Shown here piece after piece: positions 1-10,100 of a DNA stretch of 64,000 nucleotides; within the stretch, counting starts at the first letter, position 1; every line of letters starts with the position of its first letter. The notes below the pieces were generated by a model, which was not told the origin of the DNA, searched no databases, and saw only the letters and a list, made by a program, of their open reading frames with translations. The translations under genes and the position numbers were made by a program. This DNA is from an uncultured Planctomycetia bacterium (GTDB lineage: Bacteria > Omnitrophota > Gorgyraeia > 2-02-FULL-51-18), in the NCBI GenBank assembly GCA_964606485.1, contig CAZSGP010000003.1, positions 66,481 through 130,480 of the forward strand, in the 5' to 3' direction.

Positions 1-468
1 GCAGCCCTTGTTTTATTTGTAGCCGCTTCGGTTACGGACTATTTGGATGGCTGGGCTGCGCGACGATTTAATCAGGCGAGTGCTTTTGGCGCGCTGATCG
101 ACCCAATTGCCGATAAAGTTTTAACGCTCTCCGCGTTCCTCATTTTTGTTCAAATTGATTTAATTCCGGCATGGATGGCGGTGCTCGTTGCCGCACGTGA
201 TTTTTTAATCACCGGGTTTCGATTTATGATGCCCAAAGAATCGCCTCGCCAAAAAGCCGAACAGGGGGGTAAGAACAAAACCGTTTTGCAATTTGTTGTA
301 ATTATTGGCGTTTTGATTTATTTAATTGCGAGAGAATGTTCTTTTTGGAATTTGTCCTGGGATGAGACCGCTCATACGGTTATTTACTGGACGATGTTCT
401 GTGTGGTTTTTGCGACGCTTTTCACCGGGGTTCGTTATGTGGTCAAAAATAAAGACATTCTCGGTTAA
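1..468 (+). CDS. CDP-alcohol phosphatidyltransferase family protein (PgsA-like), C-terminal part; 5' end lies outside the window
   Basis: Frame 1 is open from nt 1. The translation AALVLFVAASVTDYLDGWAARRFNQASAFGALIDPIADK carries the D-x2-DG-x2-AR...G-x3-D-x3-D signature of CDP-alcohol phosphatidyltransferases. pgpA follows directly, which is a pgsA-pgpA arrangement. Confidence 0.75.
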   Translation, partial: AALVLFVAASVTDYLDGWAARRFNQASAFGALIDPIADKVLTLSAFLIFVQIDLIPAWMAVLVAARDFLITGFRFMMPKESPRQKAEQGGKNKTVLQFVVIIGVLIYLIARECSFWNLSWDETAHTVIYWTMFCVVFATLFTGVRYVVKNKDILG

Positions 469-892
469 GCTGACTGCATCATTTTTCTTTGTTGGTTATT
501 TTCCATTTTGGTCGGGAGCCTTTGGAAGTTTAGCGGGAATTCTCCTTGCCTGGTACTTTCCAGCGGCGCTCATCCCGCAATTTATCGTCTACACCCTTCT
601 TGGATTTCTAGTTTGCGCCCCCTCAGAAAAAGCATTTGGCAAAAAAGACCCCTCTAAATTTGTGATGGATGAGGTGAGCGGTATGATGCTCACGGTTTTA
701 TTTGTGCCGCATGACCCTGTCCTTTACGTGGCGGGGTATGTGTTATTCCGAATTTTTGATGTCTGGAAGCCGTGGTTGATCAGGCGCATTCAAAATAGCG
801 GGACCCCGAGCTCCATTATGTGGGATGATTTAGCGGCTGGCCTCGTGTCCAATCTGCTGCTCCAAGCCTATCTGTTATTGCCTCTGAAATAA
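437..892 (+). CDS. pgpA: phosphatidylglycerophosphatase A
   Basis: KLTASFFFVGYFPFWSGAFGSLAGILLAWYF...MDEVSGMMLTVLFVP...FDVWKPW matches the PgpA family. The track ORF opens at 326, but the first in-frame ATG after the upstream stop context is 437, and it overlaps the previous gene by 32 nt. Confidence 0.75.
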   Translation: MWSKIKTFSVKLTASFFFVGYFPFWSGAFGSLAGILLAWYFPAALIPQFIVYTLLGFLVCAPSEKAFGKKDPSKFVMDEVSGMMLTVLFVPHDPVLYVAGYVLFRIFDVWKPWLIRRIQNSGTPSSIMWDDLAAGLVSNLLLQAYLLLPLK

Positions 893-960
893 TTGGTTAA
901 TTCTGTCAATAGATATTAACTAGCGCTAGGCAATTTTTTTTCATTTCCCCCTAGAATTTT

Positions 961-991
961 TTGGAACTGTCGGGCATACTCTCCCTACAAT
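961..991 (+). promoter_or_regulatory. putative sigma70-type promoter of the giant ORF (TTGGAA -35, TACAAT -10 at 986-991)
   Basis: TTGGAA at 961-966 and TACAAT at 986-991 are separated by a 19-nt spacer, and the start codon follows 17 nt downstream at 1008. A perfect 10-bp palindrome CTAGCGCTAG sits upstream at 920-929. Confidence 0.3.
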
Positions 992-1007
992 AACCAAAGC
1001 CCAAACT

Positions 1008-1115
1008 ATGCCCAATAAGAAAAATGTTTTTAAATTCTGTACAACTAGACTTATTCAAACCATTTCTTACGGACTGGTTTTATGTTTGCTTGTCCAGGAT
1101 TTGGCCTGGGCCGCG
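1008..1115 (+). other. N-terminal Sec-type signal peptide or signal anchor of the giant protein
   Basis: MPNKKNVFKFCTTRLIQTISYGLVLCLLVQDLAWA|AP has a basic n-region, a ~15-aa hydrophobic core and an AxA-like AWA motif. Confidence 0.5.
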
Positions 1116-4100
1116 CCTGATTTAAAGTTAGGAGTTAAAGGTAAAGAGCAAAGTCTTAAGTGGGCTAAGACGCTTCTTCCCGAATTGCCAGAGTCGATTG
1201 TTAAGCTCGACGACGCTTGGAGGGGGACAGGGGGGTCCGGCCCCTCTGGCACCGTCATCTTAATCCAAGACGCCCATGCGAACCCTTCGGGGCAAATGAA
1301 TCTTGCGAAGACGTTGGACCTCATCTTTAGTCATGGTGGGGAGGGTGCTCAGGTTTTTCTTGAAGCCGGTTTCGGAGACGATTCTCTTTCCTTTTTAAGA
1401 AATCATGGCTCATTGTCCGAGCGCAAGCGAATCGCCTATAAATATTTATCTAAAGGTCTTCTAAACGGAGAAGAGTACTTGGATCTTACAAGCTCTCACA
1501 ACTTCGCTTTGTGGGGCGTGGAAGATAAGGGTCTTTATCTCAAGGCCCTTAAAAATTATAAGGTCGTAGCTCAAGACCGGTCTAAGTTCAAAGACTATCT
1601 CTCAAAGATTCAAACGACACTAGACATTCTAAAGCCGAGACTGTTAAATCCCGTTCTCTATAAGCTCGACCAAGATCGACAAAGCTATCTTAAAGATAAT
1701 CTTTCGCTTACGGATTATGCGGATACTTTACTTCGCGGAAATGACAGGAAGCGATACCCTAACCTTCAAAAAATAAGCTCTCTCAAGAGCTTAGAGCAAA
1801 GACTCTCCCAACAAAATATTTCACCCCAACACCAAAAGAGAATTGTCGAGCGACTACTTAAGCGCTCTAAGTCTCTGGATTATAAATCGATCCTTGAAGA
1901 AGTGAGGCGTTTGGAGAGCGATGCGTTTCAAGCGCTCACCCTGAATGCCGACGAACAAGCGCTTCTGGATGGTCAACGCTCGCTTGAATTCCTAAAGAAA
2001 CTTTTAAATCTAACCCTAACCCCGGAAGAATATGAAGAATACAAAAGCATTCGTCATCCTGAGCGCAGCGAAGGATCTTCTCTAAGCGAATCATCTAGAA
2101 AAGATTCTTCGGCCAGCGGGCCTCAGAATGACCCTGTAGCGCGTCTAACCGGTTTTCTCAATCAGAATATTATGATGCTCGGAAGCTACTACGAGCGAGC
2201 GCTTTTCCTGGAACCCGGATTTGACTCTATCGTGGCGAACGCCGAAAGTTTTTATGGCCTCACTCTTCAGAGAGACGAGGCCTTCGTCCAGAATATGTTA
2301 AAGAAATCGCCTCGAGCCCTTAGTATTTTAATAGCGGGTGGCTACCACACTCCTAATCTCAAGCGACTCTTGAGAGAAAAAAATATCGCTTATATCGTGC
2401 TGACTCCGCAAGTGACGCGGGAAACAAGCATCGCTAAGTATGAAAAGATTCTCTTAAATCAAAATCTCTTAACCCTAAACCCCGCGACTCTTAATATCAC
2501 TCAAAGCCACATGAGAATAGCTCCTCAAAGAAATATTGCGGGGAGCCGGCTGGTGGCAGAGGTGAAAGACTTGAACGAAACATTCAAGGAGGTTCTGCGT
2601 GATCGCAAAGAAGAGATTCGGGAAGCTAAAACTAGGATAGACGATAATTTGGCGGCCGAAATGATCGGTCAAATGCGAAGTGTTGTTGAAATTTTAGTGA
2701 AATCTCACCAGCTCGAAGCTGGAGGATTGATTGAAGAGAAGCTTGGCCGATTAAAAGAGTTAAAAAATTTAAACTCGAACGCAAAGGAGCAGATTGCACA
2801 ACTTTATGTTTTTTTGAAACGGCATTTTAGCTTGTCCCGTTTTCAGAGTTTTGTCACCGAACACGCTTTGCTTCCCGAGCAAAAAATTTCACCCTCAGTT
2901 GAACGCTACGGGTTAAATCTTGGCGATTATGCGGCGCGGTATACGAAAGCGATGAAAGTAAGTGGGATAAAAAAATTCAGCGGCGTGTACCGTGGAGAGT
3001 TGGCCGTGGTTTCTGGTTATCATTCGCTGATCAGCATCGAAGATCTGGACCGGCTTTCCGAGACGCTGGCCCGCAAAGGCTATGGTTTTGTTTTTGAGGA
3101 TGGCCTAACCTTTTCCCGGGCGGTGAATCCAAAAACTGAAAGTCCTGTAGAACTGCTTCAAATTCCCGTAACGGACTCCGAAACCGGGAAGACGATTACC
3201 CGGGTCGAGCTTGTTCTTTATGACAAGCCCGACGTTGAAGAGGAGCTTGGAAAGTACACCACGGCGATTCGCCAAAGACTTTATCCCCACCAATACTACA
3301 GAGAGACGATTCATCATCCCGATCTAAAAAGACATCAGGTGGATTTCGAGAAAAGTATTTCTGAAATCGCCAAAAGACACGGAATTAACGGACGGTTGAG
3401 TGACGATAAAATCAAAAAAATGGAGCTTTCCATCGCTCTGTCGCTGGTGGCCGAAACATTGTTTTTGAAATTGCCAAAGTCTCTGCAAAAGGAAGCCGAA
3501 GAGCTGGGTATACGCTCCGGTGGAGCGTATCCGGGCTTAGTCCATTTGCATAGCTCTATGAGAACCGCCGTGGAAACTCTTGCGAATCATGAAAAATCAG
3601 AAAAACTCATGAGCATAGACGTTGATAAGCGGACCGCAGAACAAATTGCTGATCTTAATGCGCTAGAGCAGAAACTGTCGCTCGAGAGCCAGAAAAATTT
3701 AGCGGGAAAAAACGCTTTTGTGGATAATTTCCCGCTTTTTATTTTAGACGACCATCTTTTTAAGGATATGGGGGAGCGACAACAAGAAGAATGGAAAGCC
3801 TTTTTTAGAAAAGTAGCCAAGTATTATGCTCAGATGCAATCGGATTATGAGAACATTTGGTCGGAAGATTCAACCAATCCGGCAGCGGCCATTATTGAGC
3901 CGAATGCAGTGTCGATTAATCTTTTACCTGGAAGAACAGAGGCGCAAATTTTGCGCGCACTCAAACAGAGTCATTCGCAAGAAGTATTTAGCCAAAGCGT
4001 TGATCTGGATGCAGACTGTCAATTATTTTTAAATGACATCCCCAAAATCATCACCCACAAAGGACTAGCGGAGATCAAGTTGCTACTCGTTGGCATGAAG

Positions 4101-7100
4101 CCTATTCTCCTTAGAGCAGAAAAGCGAGAGCTCTTTAAACGACTGGAAAAAGAAGTTGAGGGTGTTGAGGCACGTATACGCGCGATAGAGCGCTCGATTG
4201 GAGCAAGACTTTCAGAAGAACCCAAAGGCGCTTCTGTTGTTTGGACGCATGCCAAAGAGATGATGGACGCTATTCAAAAAAGTCCAATCGCACACAGCGG
4301 AAGAGATCAGATTAAACAATTAGCCAAAGATCTTAAAACGATCCCCAGTAAAGCGGAGGAAATTCGAAGGGAAACTAGAGAGTTGTCCGGAAAAATTCAG
4401 TTTAATAACGGAGCCGCCGAGAGATTTGATGAAATTTTGAATTCATCGCTCAAGAATGGAGAAGAAAGAGAGCAATTGGCGCGGCTTTATTGGTATCTCG
4501 ACCAAATGTTCACCGTTCGGGAAGCGCCAACAGTTCGCGTTCAGATTCAGTCCACTCAAAAGCAGTTTGGAAAGTATGCGCTGGATTATTATTTGGAATA
4601 TTTAAAAGAGGGAAATCCACAGGATGCCGCCGCGCTTAAAAGCAGGATAGCTGGAGCGGGATCTTATGCTCGGGAGGGGGTGGGCGTGACTGGTGACTCC
4701 GAAGATTTGCTTAACGATGATGAAGTTCAAAAAGCATCGCGAGTGCTGGATTTTGGAGGACTTGGATTTTTATTCGAAGACGGTCTGACCTTCGCCCGCA
4801 TTCTACCAACGACAACGAGCGCGACGGTAAAATCCTTGTTCATCTATACAAAGAAAAAGGGCGACGCCGCTATCCAAGTCAGGCCCGAGCTTTGGCTGTA
4901 CGCGATGCCGGCAGATCCAGCAACGAAGCTTTTGTTTTTTCAAGACGTCATGGGTGATTTGTATCCGCAGATCGCGCACAGTCCCTTGGTGAAGCGGGTT
5001 TTAGAACAAAAAGAGGCGCGTATTGATGATTATCCGCATCTACCCGGTTTTCTTCCTTCGAAGCTCATCCGCTCTTATTTTGACCTGACAAAGTCAGAAT
5101 CATCCCCTAAGGATTTATTTAAAAGACTGGAAAAGGCAAAAGCGCTTGAACCTCAAGCGCGACAATTAGCTCTTCATGAATTTTACGCTCACATTGGAAA
5201 GGCGCTTTATTTGACCGCAGGAAGCGAGTTTAAGGCTCGTTTCAAAGCAAAGCTTTTTTCGGGGGTTTTGCCGAATGGAGCGATTTATCTTAAAAACTAC
5301 GGGGCACAGCTTAAGAAGTACTACGCGCTCGTGGAGTCTGGCCGGGCCGATTATTGGTCGGAGCAATTGGCGGAGGATGAGCTTGCGGAGAATTTCTTCG
5401 GGGACGTCTTTGCATTTTATTGTTTAAACCAGCTTTTAAAAATACGCTCAATTTACCAGATGAGTGACGAAGACAGTTCTGTGGAATTGACGGTGTTTGT
5501 TAAAGAGTTTGTGGAAAGTCTTAAAGAAAAACATGCTCGAGGTTTGAATGCTTGGCAAATAGAGGATGAGGATGCCGCTAAGAAGATCGAATCGGTTCAG
5601 GCGATCATTCAAGAGCCCAATTGGGTCGGCAGCCCGAAGCATCTTTCAGACGAAACGACAGAGCCTTCTACGCTGAGAGCAGTTGCCAGTCATTTTATTC
5701 GCGAAACGGTTACAGAAGCTAAGAAGCTCTTTGAGAACCCCAATAGAACGGAAAATCAATTGGCGTGGATGATCGAAGGGTTGAGTATTGCCATAAGGGA
5801 TTTTACCCCCTTACTTGAAGATCGTAAGACGACTCGGCTAGCATCTTTAATTTTGGTCCTACCGGTTTACGCGAGGGCACTTTTTTACAGAGGAGATTAT
5901 TCCCAAATGCTCCGGTTTATACAATTAAACCTGCATTATTTGGCCCATTATCTGGAATCGATTGAAGAGAAAAATCTTGCTCAGGCAAATTTTGCGGTAA
6001 GCGTTCACGGGGATTTGCGTAGAACCGTTACCGACGCTATGGCTTTTTTGATCGTAAACGGAAAATACGAATTTGTAAAACCCCTGCAAGAGGCGCTCGA
6101 TAAACTGCGGTCACTCAAGCTCCCAGAGGGCGCTCGTTTAGCGGATTTAAAAGCCTCTTATATTGAATACATAAAAAGGAACAGCGAAGAAATAGACGCC
6201 GCCGTGCTTTACGTGAAGGATCCTTCAAAAGCGCTCAAAATCCAAGCGGAGTTAAGCTCGGCAATTGGTATCCTGAAAGGCGGATTTAAAGTAAAAGCGG
6301 GGGACTTTGTTGACGAGAAATTCTTAAAACTCGCCGGTCTTAAGGAATTTAACCGCTCTCAAAAGGAGCAGTTGGTCTGCCTCTATCTATTTATCAGGGA
6401 TGAATTCAAATACCCTAATTTAATTTCCTTTATCAGTAAGCCCGTGATTACTCCGGAGTCTAAAATTTCAGAATCCATGGAGCGGTACGGCATTCGAGCA
6501 AAGGATTATTATTTGCGTTATGCCAAAAATAAAATGGATACCGAAAATTTTGCCGATCATGAAGGGTTTCTAGATCAATTCATTGGTGTTTTTCGAGCAG
6601 AAGATGAGCGGGTGAGCGGGTACGAGCCTGTGATTACCAGAGAGGATCTGGATGCTCTTTCCGAGATCCTTGCGAAAAGAGGTTTTGGTTTTGTTTTTGA
6701 GGATGGACTCACCTATTCACGGACCATTAATCCTAATGCGTTGGGGCCTGTTCAAATGGTGAATCTGCCTATCAAAGACACCGTGTCCGGAAAGATCGTG
6801 GTCCGGCCTGAAATTGTTCTTTTTGATCGACCGCTCAGCGGCTCCGAGAAGATCAAGCTGTTTGATCGCCAGATGATAGAGTGGCTTTATCCGGACCTGG
6901 CTTTCTCAAGCGTATTTGGAGATCGTTTTCTTGGGCCGCACCAACAGAGCATTGAAGCGTGTATCGCGGCCATTCGCAAGTCCGGTCGAAACACCACCAT
7001 GGATGACGAGAAAATCAAAGGCGCCGCACAACTTGTGTTGTTGTCGATTATTTTTGACTCCCTGTACGAGCGCTTACCCGAAAATTTTATTGCCCGTATT

Positions 7101-10100
7101 GCCAGGATTGCGGCCACCAACAATGTAACGACTCCCGGACCCGCCTACTTAAGAATAATCGGCCGGCACGGAGTGGATGTTATTAATGATAGAAATGAGC
7201 GTGATTCACTTGGTGCTAAAGCGCCCGATCAAAGAACTCCGGATGAGAATCAGAAGATCGATGATCTGAGTTACAGCATCTCCAAGGAATCTATTAAAAG
7301 ACGGATTGGAAAAGTTTTCTTCTCTACCTTTGGCCCCTTGTATGTTTTGAATAAAAATATTCTTAGTCGTGATGGAGAGAGAGTGCCCGATGAAGTTAAA
7401 AAATTATTCGAAGATGTGTCTAAGTATTTTATTGGATTACACGATGATTACCACAATATCTGGGAAGTTCCGGAGGTGGACGCTAATAAACTTCTGCTAG
7501 AAGAACCAAATCCCATTTCAGCGACTTTGAAGCCGTACGCCTTGGAGATACAAGCGATCCGCGTGAACGAAGCTGTCGTGAATGACCCGAATTTTAAAGC
7601 ATCCAACCCCGAGAGTCATCGCGACACCGCGAATGCGTTTATCATGGACATGAAACACATTCGAACCGAAGAGGGATTGTCCCGGATGAGAAGCGTCCTG
7701 TTTGATTTGGTGGCGGCTCTTAAAACGGACAAGTTGAAAGATTTGGCCGCTCAAGCTGAAAGCGCCTTTGAAGAGGCTAAGAATAGAGTAGGTTTGGTGA
7801 CCGCCGCACGGCTTAGTATAGAAACTGGCAATCGCAATCAGGAGATTATTGATCTGTCCCGACAGGCTCTGAGAGTTTATGGTCTAAAAAATTTTGCAAC
7901 CATAATGATCGCTTCCGTTTCGGAGTCAACCCCAGCTTTAGACGAAAGCGGCGCACATCAATTAGACTTGCGTGATGCAACTGCTTTTGCAGAGCTTAGT
8001 CGATTCATTCACGAGGATTACAAAAAGGATTATTCTTATCAAGCGTTGTTCCAAAATTGGAAAGATCTGGAAAGTGTGCATCGCGGGGACGATTACAATG
8101 GGGTTTTTAAGACCCCCGCCGCCAAACAGGATGTATTTTCTTACTACATTTTTGGACGCGTAATCGCTGATGATAAAGATTTTGAAATCGCTTTGAATAA
8201 ACACGATGATGAGGACAGAATTCAGCATAGCGCTCATCGCGCCGCTAAAATTTTTACTGCCATCGACAAATTAGCCCGAGAGTCCGGAGGAGTATTTACA
8301 CTGGGCGAACTTCGAAAAGCCGTCTTTACCGATGTGGATTCAAAATATTTTGATCTGGATCTGGAGCTCATCGACCGCGCGGTACAAATTGCGACGGGTA
8401 GTTTTGAAGAAGGCGCTCGCCTCTCCTGCGAATACATGGAGATGCAAAGAATGGAATTCCTAGGGCGCATTGAAGAAAATGAGACTCGCCGGAAAAAATT
8501 GGCCGACGAACTGACTAAAAAAGCCAAGGCGTATGCGGATGAAATGGAGCGAATCCTCCAAGAGGCCAATTCGAAATTAAAATCTATTCCCAATTCGGAA
8601 GAAATTGTCCACGAAATCGTGCCAGTTATCAAAAAAACATTGAATGACGTGCTCACAAACCCCGCACTGGCGGACCCGGCCAAGTTTGAGCAGGCACTCG
8701 CAACTAACCTAGTCGACGGCATGAAAAACGGCCATCACGCGGGCATTGCAGGGGCGTTGGGGGCGGATTCTCTCAAAGATATCCAAGAGCTGCTTAGCAC
8801 AACCAAGCTAGCCGATGGGAAAAATTTTGTGCAAGCCGTCATGGACTGGCAGGAACAAAATCAAATCTTAACCAAGCTCAAAAAATACGCTGAATCAACA
8901 CTGGTTGAAGGGGTGAGTGTTCCGGAGCTTAAGAAAAAGCAAGGCTTTAAACCCGGTCAAACGGGGCAAGCGTCTGGCGCGCGATTGGCCGCTAAACAGG
9001 AAGTTGATTTTATTGATACGCTCAAAGAATTAAGTGACGACGAAAAGAAGCTTCTTAAGGAGCACTTTGTGGATATGGCGAGCCAAGAATCCAAGCCTTT
9101 GATTGGCCGGGCCGACGATGTGCGTAAAGTTGTATCCGCGCTCTCAAAGCCGAGCGGTTTTAAAAATAGCGTTCTTTTGGTCGGAAAAAAGGGCGTTGGT
9201 AAGTCGGCGCTGGTGCGCATGATTGCTAGATCCATTAAAGAAAAGAAAATTCCCGGCCCGCTTGAGCAGAGAAGAATTTATACCTTAAAAAAATCACTGG
9301 GGTCGACTCCAAGCGACATGAATGACGCGCTGGCTAAGCTTCTGCCGATTTTAGAAAAAACAAAAAATAAAATTATTATTTTCATCGACGAATTTCATGT
9401 GCTGACGCGCGGGATCAACAACACTACGGATTTTGCGGTGGCGGATACCTTGAAACCGTATCTTGAAGAGGGCCGCGTTACCATGATTGGTGCGACGACG
9501 ATTGCCGAGTGCAAGCGATTTATCGAGTCGGAGCCGGGCGGGGCATTTAAAGACCGTTTTGTCGAAGTGAGGCTGGAGGAAACAGACGCTGAAACCACCA
9601 AGGATATCTTGGACGGTTTAAAAGATTTTTATGAGGAAGAGTTTGGGATTCCCATTTCCGAAGGTGCCATTGAAATTGCCGTTGAGCTTTCGGAGCGCTT
9701 CTTGCCGGAGAAATCATTTCCCCGAAAAGCCGTTGACCTCTTGGAGAACACGCTGTCGCACGCTTCAAGTCTTGTGGCCCAGCGCAATTTGCAGATCGAC
9801 GATCTGACAAAGCAGTTGGAATTAAAAACTAAACGCTACATCGGCAACAAGAAAAAAGGTAAAAACGGAGACGACCGGGCGACGACCCAGCTTCACAATC
9901 AAATCATCACCTTGACTCAAGGCATTCTGAAGCTAAAAGCGGAGAGAGATGCTTTAAAAATCACCGAACTCAGTGATCAGGATGTCCGGCGCTACCTGGC
10001 CGATACCACCGGAATTGATTTGGCGCATTTGTCGCAAGGGGAGGCCCAGCGGATGCTGGTGGCCGAAGATGTAATTGGTCAAAAAATCATCGGCCAAGAG

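Noticed and set aside
326-436. 5' extensions of track ORFs into upstream genes: 326-436 for pgpA, 31903-31932 for trpC, 32628-32714 for trpF, 36283-36333 for ruvX, 55319-55354 for uvrB, 58336-58434 for coaX, 59255-59284 for groES and 61288-61338 for the yaiI-like gene.
   Set aside because: Homology-consistent N-termini and stop/start overlap patterns favour the downstream start codons. The extensions overlap upstream genes, a terminator or the CIRCE element.
8234-8722. A 162-aa minus-strand ORF inside the giant gene. Similar ones sit at 8957-9235, 16535-16867 and 17228-17554.
   Set aside because: They are antisense to a strongly supported coding frame and encode low-complexity S/A/R-rich translations with no start context. 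I take them as spurious.
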